Assembly: GCF_046119375.1 (NCBI RefSeq)
Contig: NW_027362763.1
Span: forward strand, 541,074,001-541,138,000
Reading direction: 5' to 3'
Source of the DNA: Phyllobates terribilis
Lineage: Eukaryota
DNA: 64,000 bases
Every line of letters begins with the position of its first letter. Within the stretch, counting starts at the first letter, position 1. The translations under genes and the position numbers were made by a program. This document shows, piece by piece, positions 10,910 to 24,769 of the stretch. The notes beneath the pieces are model-generated. The model searched no databases, was not told the origin of the DNA, and saw nothing but the letters and a program-made list of their open reading frames with translations.

Positions 10910-11326
10910 TCCAACCATGTCAAGGTGTAAATGTTTTGTCCCTTTCACTAATGTTATACCCCTCCTTGTGCAAAACCTCATCTGAATGGGAAAGTGAAAT
11001 AAATCCAGGTTCATAGCTCACAATTAACATTGTCAGGGAAGGATGTGTACTATTTTGTAGTATTCTACTACAAAAACAAATTGTGGTGTAGTCCCCTCCA
11101 TGGCTCAGCAGCACCATATCAAGGGTACTGCTGAGCCATAGAGGGGACTACACCACCTAATTTTTCTTAGACACATTCTTCTTGGACAAAGTTTTAATTG
11201 TGAGCTATGTGACTTGTTTTCTTTCATTTCCCAATTCAGATGAAGTCTGGTTTGGCACATGGAGAGGTAGGACATTTAGTGGTTAGGGACCATCCATATT
11301 AAAAGGTACACCATGACGTGGTTGGA
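10910..11326. repeat. ~420-bp foldback palindrome with near-perfect core (11083-11156)
   Basis: Central 33-bp stem (31/33 matches, 8-nt loop); outer arms still align (CATAGCTCACAATTAA/TTAATTGTGAGCTATG, TCATCTGAAT/ATTCAGATGA, TCCAACCA/TGGTTGGA). Confidence 0.8.
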
Positions 11327-12867
11327 CCGCCTTTGCTCTATTTGATCAGAAAATGCTAACTGAGTACCTTAGATTCTTACCACAGCAATAATAGAGTTAA
11401 TATATTCATTAGTTACAGTGTGCTGACGCACCATGAAAATATATATTAGCACATTGGCCACATAGTGTCATCTTCATATTCCAGCTATGTAAATTTGTTT
11501 CTTGGCACAGAAGTAAAAATGGTTGACTAATTTGAGTTTTTTTGGTTTATGGGTTATTGCCTGCATTAACATCTGAGACATGTTTTGGGAAAAAAATGTC
11601 ACTGCAGCAATCATTCTATAACAATATTTTGTAACATTCGAGCAGAAACAATTGCTATTTTTTTGCTATTTGTCAGCACAAATCAAATTTGTTGGGAAAA
11701 TTTGAAGAACCTGATCATTTTTAAATTCAAAAGAATTGAGTGTCTCTACAAATCCGAAATATTATATTTACGTTTTTTTGGAGCAATGAGGCCTACAAAT
11801 GTCTTATAACATCTGCCAAATGTTGTGCTCTTGTCTCAACCATTCATTGGGTTTCTGTGCTCTTAAAATATAATTTTCTCGTTAACCAATATAGGCATCA
11901 TTCTTAATATACTTTTTGTAATTTTTGACATAAAAGTATTTACATCTATTTTCTGGCTAACACATTGCCTCAATATATTTTTTGTTGTAGATACCTAGAT
12001 TAGGGAATATTAGAAAGTAAAGGACAATCACTTATCATTTGAATCCATAAAGTGAAGACATCCTATCCTACAGCCAGTTGCTGTCCTCAATAGCCATATG
12101 CCATACATGCAAACATGACTGCTGATGCCAGTGATTGATTCCAGCAGTCAAATAGCATATGAATGAGGTGGAGCAGCAGGAGATTTATAGTGTAAATAAA
12201 TGTTATTTCTTTATTTTCTAAATTCTAGGGCAGATTTTGTAAAATCACAGAAAACACTTAAGTAAAGATCTAGCTTTGATTTATTTTGACTATGTAAAAA
12301 GTAAAGCATCTTTGGAAGATATTTTAATAGTTTTGCAGTTTTCATCTATACATGGTTACAAAAGCATAATTACTTGAGTATAATAAAAAAAAGCTTTTCT
12401 GCCCTCTAGGAAATTTAATTTCTTGACAATAAATGCACACCAATAATTTCTTTTGATTCAAAGGCTTAAAAAGATAATTGTATATATATAAATTAACATA
12501 CAAATGCAATTCAATAAATAACTTCCATCATATTCACGATAAATATGTTTTTATCTATAAAAGCGGCTTCCACTAACTCCACTAGAACATCTGAGGTAAT
12601 AAGCATCCAAGTCTTCACTATGCTGGGACACAACAAGATGTAAATTAGAGTGAGGGTCCCCACACCTGTGTGACAACAGTTAAGATCTTAAATATGCTTT
12701 TGTACAAATAGTATGTTAATAAAATGCTATAAACACTCAAAGTATAAGGCAAAAGACATATGAACAATTTTGAAAAATGTAAAAAACTTTTTCTAAAATA
12801 AATTCAATATTAACATACCACGGCTTACCATGTATATACAAGAATGAAAAAACTACAAAAATGCAGT

Positions 12868-13500
12868 GAAACTCCATGTTTCGATCAGACCTTTTGGACT
12901 GAATATATCCAATATATTAATCCAATATGTCTCAAGTTGAAGTAATTGAATACCTATCTGTTGTTCATCTCTACCAGATACTTCAAAGATCATCCACTCA
13001 GGATCGTATGTCATATGCCTGGTCTAGAAAAAATTTACTTTTCACAATGGTTTCCCCAAATTTCTTATATTGCTGTGCAAAATACTTATACCTGTTCAAA
13101 AAAGCAAATGACTCAATTATGTCTGGTCAGTCTGATTTTAATTTGACGTGATATCTGTCGAACATAAGCTTTCCCACAAAGGCATTTTAATACATAGATC
13201 AAATTACTGCCAATGGAGATAAAAACACCTTTAATCTGGAAAGTATGTCCTCTCCTATCTGGAATGTATGTCCTAGCGATGGATTTAAAATGTAATCTTC
13301 TCTAATTATTGCCAATTTTGACATCCAAAGTAGGGATGGGTACCATTTTGTTCTTGAACAGAAAAAATAATTATCAAGAAAATACGTTGGTTTGCCAATG
13401 TCATTGCATTTTTGTATACAAATTGATGGATCTCTGAACAAAACACCATACTTTTATTTTGCTGTACTGTCTCATACTTTAGGATAGTACTCTTAATTAA
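12868..13500 (-). pseudogene. Penelope-like retroelement remnant (GIY-YIG endonuclease region)
   Basis: Manual translation gives FQIKGVFISIGSNLIYVLKCLCGKAYVRQISRQIKIRLTRHN and QLLQLETYWINILDIFSPKGL, matching the Penelope GIY-YIG pattern (IY..KC.C...YVG.T.R.L..R..EH; WI..L....P.GLN). Confidence 0.7.
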
Positions 13501-13719
13501 CCTAACATGCTGTAATAGGTGGAAATAAATGTGGATGTCAAATTTCAAGAAAGAATTTGGATCAAAAGAAATTTGTACTTGCATCTATTGTGAAGACAAT
13601 ATGATTTAGAGGATTGGTAAGTCCTTATGTGCACATTTTGTGGATCACCATTTTAAGTTTTATATCTCTTATTAAACCTCATTTCTCCTATAGGGACTTA
13701 AGGAATGAATAACCCTTCA

Positions 13720-14301
13720 GGGGTATGTTCAAGCTAAATTTTTTACAGCAGTCAAAAACAACTGTTTTTCAAGCGGAAGATGCTTCAGAACGAACTCATT
13801 GTCTCTGGCGTTTTCTTCTGCTGATCTGTATTTTTGTTAATAGTTTTAGTTGTTTCATGAAGTGCTTTATTAATGTTTTTTTACATTCACATTTTTTGAT
13901 ATTATTTTTTCAGCATTTTTGGGTGTCTTTTTATTGGCGTTTGTTTCATTTATTTAAATCCATTAAGCAGCAAATATAATGCTAGCATTTTTTTTAGCTA
14001 GAATGCTTACAAAATGCTCAAAAGGATGCATGGACCTCATTTTTTTTCATTCCATTTGACTTCTATTGTAAAGTATGCGGTGTGTACCAAGCAAAAAAAT
14101 GCAGAAAAAAGGTTGCTACTTCTTTGAAATGCTTGCCATTTTTAAACACCTGAGGCACTTAAAAGACGCTAAAATGTCTGAATATATGAACACAAGTTAA
14201 TTTCTCATAGACATAAATTGGAAGATTTTTCTTAGCATTTTGTGAGTTATTTTTTCTACCCGCTCCAAACACACTAGAAGAAATGTAGGGTGAACATACC
14301 C
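13720..14301. mobile_element. T2/TTAA-type MITE, decayed
   Basis: Termini GGGTATGTTCA...TGAACATACCC with TTAA-like flanks (TTCA/TTAG). Confidence 0.6.
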
Positions 14302-15374
14302 TTAGATTCTGCTTACTTGCCAAATTTAAATTTACCGGGTCCACCTTTTGTCTGCTGGCTGTCATGACAGTATTGAAAATATTCAGATTGGTGTGTGTCA
14401 GACTGTTGGCGCCACAAAAAAAGTGAACAGATTCAAATTTGGCTTCTTTTATACATTTATCACAAATTGCAAACTCAGTAGCTCAGTGCTCAATGAGGCT
14501 TGGAAATTCACTGATTTCTTTTTTAGTTTTATACTATTGCAATAAAGAAATATATGAGTGCATAATAATATACTGCTGTTAATGCCCTGTGGGTCTTACT
14601 GGCTTAATGACACTGAGTACTTAATATACGATTTCAGCTTTCATTTATTCATTCATTTTCAACTAATTCAATGTTTATTTGTCTGAGCTGCGTGTTCTGT
14701 GAAAAATAGAGAAGTCATAATTATACTAAATATAAAAACAATAAACTGCCACACAGATAAGTGAAATTACCCAATTATCCCATATCAAGATACCAGTTTA
14801 CAGACTGCAGTATCTGATTCTTCTATTTGTAATTGGGCATTTGCACCACAAGATAGTCGTGAATGAGCAAATGATCGAGGGAAATGATCTCTTGTGTAGC
14901 ATAAAATATCATCGTTCTCGGTGGTGCATCTTCCTGTGTAAACAAAACTCACACTGCTGAGAACAAAACAATGGCAGCCTATGCACCCAGAACGATCTAG
15001 TATAGATTGCTAAGTGTGCATATTTTACTTTATTCTGCTTATGTAAAAAGGCCTTCAAATGACTGTCCATCTGTAAATGTTTACCGATCAGCAGTTGTAT
15101 CATGCCGCCAGTTGGTCCATGTAAACGGACCATACTAAGACCATGCTAAGACTCCCTGTTGGCCTACTGAATTGGAGTAGCCAAGGTTGCATGAATTGTG
15201 GGAATGAAAATTTACTTACAAACCACAACAGAAATAATTCAAATTTTAAGGTTGTTGTGGGTCCATGACTCTTATAGTAAAGGCTATCAATTTGGGTTTC
15301 AGACCTTTTAAGACACCTCAGAGAGCAATAATTCACTTCCTATCATCATAAAGCTTTCTTATATCATGTAGAGC

Positions 15375-15560
15375 CAGTGTTCCCCAACTCCAGTCGTCAA
15401 GGCCCACCAACAGATCATATTTTCAAGATTTAATAACTATTACACAGGTGATGGAATTATTACCTGTGCAGGTGATGTAATTATCACCTGGGCAATACTA
15501 AGGAAATCCTGAATACATGACCTGCTGGTGGGCCTTGAGGACTGGAGTTGGGGAACCATG
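15375..15560. mobile_element. hAT-type MITE
   Basis: TIRs CAGTGTTCCCCAACTCCAGTC.TCAAGGCCCACCA / TGGTGGGCCTTGAGGACTGGAGTTGGGGAAC; flanks ATGTAGAG/ATGTAGAC resemble an 8-bp TSD. Confidence 0.75.
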
Positions 15561-15939
15561 ATGTAGACTGCTTGATTTGAAGGCATTAACAACCATTCCC
15601 CTCCTTGCGTTTAAAAAATTTTGGTGGGCCATGATAGCAGTTAATATAGACATATTTTAAGCCATAAAAGACTGGAAAACTTGGGAAGTAACAGTTCCAT
15701 TTTCCACTTCATCTTCCAAAAGTTATCTTCATATCTCTGCCTTAGGAAAAGATAAGTACGTAAGCTTTAAATCTAGGATTAAAGAATATGAAACATCTTT
15801 GGATGTATTGTTTTTCATAAATTCAAGTATTTTTGGCTAAAAGGCTATTTTGAAATAGCATCTGGATCAACATGTTATGTTATAGGATGAACTTGTGTCT
15901 TCTCAACCTTAAAAATATGAAACTATATCTAATGCTATG

Positions 15940-16285
15940 TAATCTGAGGAGAGCATGATGTAGCAGCTGAGGTACAGATTTCAGCGATGTGTCACTCATT
16001 ACTTATTAGGCTGCGTTCTGCTGTTTGCTTACAATAAAGGTTTTATCACCAGGAGACGATCACTGTATTTACCACCATTCACGTGAGCCCTGGTCTGACC
16101 ACACCCTCCTCAGATAAGCAGCTCACTGTCAATAGACAATGTGCGCAGAAATCTGTGGTGTGGGCAGGGATAGCTTTCTGCGCTCAGCTACATGTAAAAA
16201 CTCAGATTGTGTTTACTCCAGTAAAGTAAGTGACACATCATTGGAATCAGGGTCTCTTTTCCTACATTATGCTGCTCTCAGATGA
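15940..16285. mobile_element. Decayed MITE with subterminal inverted repeats
   Basis: TAATCTGAGGAGAGCATGATGTAG vs CTACATTATGCTGCTCTCAGATGA, and ATGTGTCACT vs AGTGACACAT. Confidence 0.5.
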
Positions 16286-16350
16286 AACTTAAGATAAAAA
16301 CAAACTGAGCAAATTCCCTGCTGTGAATAAAAAAATAGTAATAGTGCATC

Positions 16351-16615
16351 AAAATAACATAGGGCACTTAGTTAACATAATTTTGATAAATAAATGTAAA
16401 AGCCATCCCATCATGTCAAGGTCATCCCATTTGAGACGGTTCTAACCTCTAGTATTAAAACCTTACCATATGTCAAATGACATAAATGTGAATACAGGCC
16501 GAACAGGACCGAGACCCCAACTAATAGACACCTAGCCATGGAAAGCAATATAAATGTAATGTCCAGCTCAAATTTTTTATCAAAATTATGTTAACTAAGT
16601 ATCCTATGTTATTTT
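16351..16615. repeat. 265-bp segment bounded by 40-bp inverted repeats
   Basis: AAAATAACATAGGGCACTTAGTTAACATAATTTTGATAAA vs its reverse complement at 16576-16615, with 2 mismatches. Confidence 0.7.
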
Positions 16616-16805
16616 CCAAATTTTCCAATTATAATTGCATCATAATAACTCTGGAACAATTCAATGTATCCCTGTGATTCTGAGAAGACCGCGACACATT
16701 GACCTTCTTGTCAAATTTAGGTTGATATTTTCACAAATAAATGCAAAAACCATCAGAATTTTGGTGAAAATTTAGCATTTAATATTTTTGCCCTTAAACC
16801 ATATA

Positions 16806-18428
16806 CTGTATTTTTCGGACTATATGACGCACCGGACCATAAGACGCACCTAGGTTTTAGAGGAGGAAAATAAAAAATAAAAATTTAAGCAAAAAATTTG
16901 GTCATGATCCACTTTTAAGGGGGAGGGGGTCTTCTGCTGAGACTGGTATAGGGGTAATGTCCCCCAATTCTGACAATATCCCCCCTCCTGGTATATATGC
17001 CGCACCCTTCCTTTGATATGTGGTCCCCATCCCCATCCTAGTATACCTGGCATCCCTCCATCCTGGTATGCATGGCACCCCTCATCCTTATCCTGATATG
17101 CATGGCACCCCTCATACCTATCCTGATATGCATGGCACCCCTCATCCCTGTCCTAGTATGCATGGTACCCCTCAACCCCATCCTGGTATGCATGGCACCC
17201 CTCATCCCTGTCCAGGTATGCATGGCACCCCTCATCCCTGTCCTGGTATGCATGGCACCCCTCATCCCTGTCCTGGTATGCATGGCACCCCTCATGCCTA
17301 TCCTGGTATGCATGGCACCCCTAATCCCTATCCTGGTATGCATGGCACCCCTAATCCCTATCCTAGTATGCATGGCACCCATCATCCCTGTCCAGGTATG
17401 CATGGCACCCCTCATCCCTGTCTTGGTATGCATGGCACCCCTCATCCCTGTCCAGGTATGCATGGCACCCCTAATCCCTATCCTGGTATGCATGGAACCC
17501 CTAATCCCTATCCTGGTATGCATGCACCCCTAATCCCTATCCTGGTATGCATGGCACCCATCATCCCTGTCCTGATATGCATGGCACCCATCATCCCTGT
17601 CCTGGTATGCATGGCACCCCAAATCTCTATCCTGGTATGCATGGCACCCCTAATCCCTGTCCTGGTATGCTTGGCACCCCTAATCCCTGTCCTGGTATGC
17701 ATGGCACCCTTAATCCCTGTCCTAGTATGCATGGTCCCCCTAATCACCATCATGCTGCACATTAAAAAAAAATAAACACTCCTACTCACCTTTCTTCTCT
17801 CCTCCAGCGCTGCGTCCGGTCTGCCCGTACTGATCTCTCCATGTGAGCAGCGCATGACGTCACTGCCATGCGCTGCTCACAAGGAGAGATCAGCTGCCGG
17901 AAGTCACTGCTCCCCACGCCGAGTCTGTCTGCGCGGGGAGCAGTGACTTCACTCTCCTTCATAGCAAGCACACAGCGGAGCCGCGCTGCGGCTCCTGCTG
18001 CTGCCGGCTGTCTCCTGTGCCCGCTCAATAAAGGGCATAAATATTCACCCCCTACCCACGCCCATGGGCGTGGAGAGAGGTTGATTATTCATGCCCTTTA
18101 ACAGCGGGCACAGGAGATAGCCGGCAGCAGCAGGAGCCGCAGTGCGGCTACACTGTATACCGCTATTAAGGAGCATGAATATTCAGTGCTTCCCACGCCT
18201 CATGGGCGTGAGGAGCAATGAATATTCATTTTCTTTAGCAGCGGGGACAGTGTAGGCTGCAGTAGGCGGCTGCTGCCTCCTGTGCCCAGCTCCTCCACGG
18301 ATACCGCCCCCCCCCCACACCACACATAAATATGCACCCCCTGCAACATTCGGACTATAAGACGCACCCCCCATTTTCGTCCAAAATTTTGGAGGAAAAA
18401 AGTGTGTCTTATAGTCCGAAAAATATGG
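16806..18428. mobile_element. Non-autonomous Tc1/mariner (Tc2/pogo-like) element
   Basis: TIRs CTGTATTTTTCGGACTATATGACGCAC / GTGTGTCTTATAGTCCGAAAAATATGG, TA on both sides, internal repeats of GGAC.ATAAGACGCACC; no transposase. Confidence 0.8.
17035..17745. repeat. 30-bp minisatellite, about 23-24 copies
   Basis: Unit GGTATGCATGGCACCCCTCATCCCTGTCCT; 1-bp deletion near 17522. Confidence 0.95.
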
Positions 18429-19917
18429 TAGTTATATCAAACAGCATCATTTTTAAACATAATTTTTTTTGTTAAAAAGTTAGAAGGGTTAAAATTTCTC
18501 AATTGTCCAACAAAACCTATTTTTTTTAAGGACCACATCACATTTGAAGTGACTTTGAGGGGCCTATATGACAGAAAATACCCAAAAGTGGCACCATTTT
18601 AAAAACTGCACCCCTCAATGTGCTCAAAACCATATTCAATAAGTTTATTACCCCTTTAGGTGCTTCAAAGGGATTCAAGCAATGTGAAAGGAAAAAAATG
18701 AAAATTCTTCCCACAAAAATGTTGATTTAGCCCCAAATTTTTTATTTCACAAGGGTAACAGGAGAACATGGACCTTACAATTTGTTGTGCTATTTTTCCT
18801 AAGTACGCTTATACCTCTATATGTGGTGGAAAACTACTGTTTGGATACACAACAAGGCTTGGAAGGTTAGGATCGCCAACTGAGCTCAATTTTGGCTGGA
18901 ATAGATTGCGGATGCCATGTCACATTTGAAGAGCCAACACAGCATCTGATATGCCAACACAGCAGAAACCCCCACAAGTGACCCCATTTTGGAAACTACA
19001 TCTCTTGAGGAATTCATCCAGGGGTACAGTGAGCATTTTTAACCTTCAGATGATTCACAGAATTGTATAACATTAGGCTGAGTAAATGGAAAATTATTTT
19101 TTTTTCCCAATAAATTATTGCTTTGGCCCCAAGTTTTTAATTTTAAAAAAGTATAATAGGAGAAAATGAATGGTACAATTTGTTACGCAATTTCTCAAGA
19201 GTATTTCAATACCCCATATGTGGTCTAAACTACTGTCTGAGGCACATTGCAAAACTCAGAAGGGAAGAAGTGCCATATTGGAGTTCAAATTTTGTTGGAA
19301 GAGTTTGAGGGTACCATGTCACATTGGCAGAGCCCCTGAGGTGCCAGAACAGCAGAACCCCTCCATAAGTGACCCCATTTTAGAAAATACACTCTAAAAT
19401 TAATTCATCTAGGGGTACAGTGAGCATATTGACCCCAGATGTGCCTCACAGAATTATATAGAAAGTCAAAGAATAATTACATTTTTAACACTAAAATATT
19501 GTTTTAGCCCCAAGTTTTTAATTTTTATAAGGGCTAATAGAAAAAAAAATGAACCTCATAGTTTTTTAAGTAAAAACAGTATTCTTTTATTTAAGTCTTG
19601 TAAAAACACATTGCAGCATCAGGGAAAGCGGGGATAGATAAAGTGCAGCAAACAGACGATGGCCATTTCACGCCTCTCTGTGCTTCTCAGGCTCATTGAA
19701 GTGCAGTGAGGCGCGAAACGGCCCTTATACCGCATATGTGGCTGTACAGTACTGCTTAACCACAGACTTGGGAGGGAAGGAGGGCTATTTGACTATTGGA
19801 GAACAAATTATCTAAGAGTAGTTTGTAGACTACATATACAGAGCCTTTAAGTGCCAGAAGAGCAGGATTCCCTCTCAAGTGACCCAATTTTGGAAATTAC
19901 ACCTCTTTGGGAAATTA

Positions 19918-21532
<1,615 letters not shown>

Positions 21533-22271
21533 TATCTGCCGGTGTAGTGACGATTTTGACTCCATGGGTATTTTCCAGAAACAAACAGCAGTGGATGTTG
21601 CCGAGTGAAAATTGCAAATCTGCCATTGTAGTGCCCATTACATTGTAGTGTTCAGTGCATTTTAGTGCTCATATATTATGCCCAACTTGTGCTTCAGGAG
21701 ACATGCACCCATTAATTAAGTGAGCTTTCGTCGCTCCAGAAATGCCAACATGTGGAGGCTAACATTTTTTGGGTACTGTCACTGGTTTGTCAGAGGTGAC
21801 AGACAGACGCATTGCAGTTGTTTGCGGGAGATCTCTACGTTTGGCATTGCAGACATCTTCTTAGAGGCTGGCTGTCTTTAGGACCCAGCGGCTACCTCCC
21901 TCTGGCTAATTAGCTATTTTTTGTATTGACATATTTTGAAAGCTTTAATTTTTCTGTATTGCTGCTGACAGAATCATTTGAGGGCTTGTTTTTTGCAAAA
22001 TGAGTTGATTGTTTACAGGTACCATTTTAGGGTACATAACACTTTTTGATAACTTTGTATCCCATTTTTGTGTTAATTCTGCCTCAAAAAACAGCAAATT
22101 AGGAAATGTTTTTTTTATATGCCGTTCACCATATGGTAAAAGTGATAGGACAGCTTTATTCTTTGGGTCAGTACGATTACAGCAATACCATATTTACCAT
22201 ATTTTTTTATGTTTTGCCGCTTTTACATAATAAAAACTTTATTCTATACTCTTTACACCATATTCTGAGAG

Positions 22272-22299
22272 ATATATATGTATATATATATATATATAT
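22272..22299. repeat. (TA)n microsatellite
   Basis: Direct reading of the sequence. Confidence 0.9.
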
Positions 22300-22305
22300 T
22301 TTCTC

Positions 22306-22451
22306 CTAGACTGTAAGCTTGCGAGCAGGGCCCTCACTCCTTTCGATATGAGATATGCTTATTCTGTATTGTCTGTATATGTCCCCCCGAAAATTTGTAA
22401 AGTGCTGCGGAATATGTTGGCGCTATAAAAATAAAAACTATTATTATTATT
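22306..22451 (+). mobile_element. 3' tail of an L2/CR1-type LINE or partner SINE
   Basis: CTAGACTGTAAGC...TGTAAAGTGCTGCGGAATATGTTGGCGCTATAAAAATAAA followed by a (TTA)n tail. Confidence 0.6.
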
Positions 22452-24000
22452 TTTTTATTTTTCTGCTGGCGGAGCTATATGTTGGCTTGTTTTTTTGCAG
22501 GACAATATGAAGTTTTCAGCAATACCATTTTATTTACATTCAACTTTTTGATTGTGTTTTACTCCTTTTTTTGTTTGGCATTATGATGAAAAATCATAGT
22601 TTTTTTGCCGCATTTATTATTTTTTTTTACTGAGTTCACTGAAGGGATTAAATAGTGTGAAAGTTTTATAGGTGAGGTCTTTCTGAAAACGGTGATGCCA
22701 GCTATGTGTTGTTGTTGTTTTTACATAAATATACCAATATTTATTGATTTAATATTTTTTTCTCATTTTTTTATGATTTTTTAAAAATATTTTTATAATT
22801 TTTTTTAACTTTTTCTTAACTTTAGTATTTAGCCCCTCTATGGGACTTTAATTTTTATTACTCTGGTATAATGCATTGCAATGCACCAGCACTGAAATGC
22901 GTTATACCAGTCAGTGTTGCACTGACAGATCGCCTTTCAGACCATGCTATGGCATGGTCTAAACAGGCCTCCATAGCTGGCAGACCAGGAGGTCATCATG
23001 ATGACAATGATTGTGCCCTCGTTATAATATCTAAATGCTGTGATCGCTATCAATTGCGACATTTAGGGGGTTAAATGGCCCAGGTCGGTACGGTCCCTGC
23101 TCCTGACTGTGACAGTTGGAGCTTGGCTATAACTTACACCGAGCTCCCTGGGGTGATCATACGTTCACAGCTCCTGTGCCTTTATGATTGCCATGACATA
23201 AATTCATGTCATTTTGGGGGAACCCCTTTCCGACCATGATGTAAACTTAAGTCAGTTGTCATGAAGGGGTTAAGAGCAGTACTTACACGCTCTATTGGAA
23301 GAACTTGCAAGCACTGTCCATGTTTGGTAATCTAGTCAGCGGGGATATAAACACTGAAATTAAAAATCACTAAATTCTAGAGAAATTAGAGGATGTTTTT
23401 AATAACAGGTAACTTGCAAAGTTTCTTGTTTTTACAAGCACTTTGCTATTTTACCTACAAAAGAACAAGGAAAACAAATCCTTCAAATGCCTTTTTAAGT
23501 TCTAAAACGGCATGGAGATAACACTAATTACAGATCATAAATATCAAAACTATTTCTCAGTATATACAATTAAGCAAGAACTAATTTTGCAAGTAAGAAA
23601 GTGCATGCCATGATTTCTAGTTAGGTCTATAACTAGCTCTATTAGTAGAGCTTGAAGATATTTCAGCATTTCATATTTGTTAACACTCATTTCTACAATG
23701 TATTGACCAGTTACTTTGACAATCTCCTTTTAATTAAAGACATTTGTTATTGTGTAGTTAAAGTAACTTGAAGAGAATTAATTTTTGGCAGTGAATTGAC
23801 ATTCCAGACGAGACAGCTGAGAAAGGCATTTTCCATAGTGCAATAGCCATCTGAAGAACCATAAAAAGTATAAAGAGTACTTTAGTTTAGTTTGCTTCAA
23901 AACTGAGTTGGAACTTACATACAATAAAGGATTTAATAAACAAAAGTATAAACAGTACAAATATTTTGAGACTAAATTAAATAATAGCCATACTAGCTTT

Positions 24001-24140
24001 TAGTGATGGGCGAGCACTAAAATGATCGGGTGCTCGATGCTCGGGTCGAGCAAATTGGAATGCTCGGGTGCTCGACCCGAGCAACGAGCCCAATGTAAGT
24101 CTCGAGCATTTTTCAGGTGGCTCCCCCTGGCGGTCTGTAG
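24001..24140 (+). mobile_element. Left end of outer decayed hAT element (D); right end not found in the window
   Basis: TAGTGATGGGCGAG terminus resembles the other hAT TIRs here; clustered TGCTCGG/CCGAGCA subterminal motifs; transposase-derived DNA follows from about 24770. Confidence 0.65.
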
Positions 24141-24769
24141 CGGGCCTTAACATTGCCCAAATCGATGGGAACAGTACTCAAAAGACATAGGAACAGTATG
24201 GGGAAGACCCCTGGAAGCATTTCTGACTCCCAGTCACTGCTGTCAACAATGTTGTCAGAGGTATTACGCCACTTTTACGGACTCACAATAAAACATACAA
24301 AAAAGAAACCAAAATGGATTTTTCTGGCAAATATGTTAAGGAACATCCTTTCCAGGGTAAGGCAAAATAAATATGCAAAAACAAAAATGCTCCTCCACAC
24401 CTTGGGCTATGTTCACACGTAGCGTTTTTGATGCATTTTGCACTTTTGCATTGCTTTCAACCAAGACAAATGCATTCACTGGGAAATGTCATTTTAACAT
24501 TTTACAAACTTATCTGGCCATGTGGTGTGTGACACATCATCAGACACATGCACACAGTGCTGAAAAGACATGGGAACTGCATGGGGAAGACCCCTGGAAG
24601 CATCTCTGACTCCCAGGTCACAGCCTAAAAGTGTGCCCATCATAAGTGATCCTCGGAGCATGTGAAGATGCCTCCCGCCATGCACCTGTCATTGCAGACT
24701 TGCAGCAATCACCGCCCATGTCCTTGTCCCAGTACAGTGTTCAGTTGTCCCTACCCCATTCCTTGGAAT

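Noticed and set aside
15100-15790. Possible minus-strand host exons around the hAT MITE
   Set aside because: Short frames with stops, weak splice pairing, no recognisable homology.
17020-17775. 251-aa (MHGTPHPCPG)n ORF and overlapping ORFs
   Set aside because: By-product of a stop-free 30-bp minisatellite inside a non-autonomous transposon; several frames and both strands are open.
23760-23880. Strong-looking minus-strand splice acceptor (TTTTATGGTTCTTCAG) as a host exon
   Set aside because: No convincing donor and no recognisable protein in any frame; cannot be supported without RNA data.
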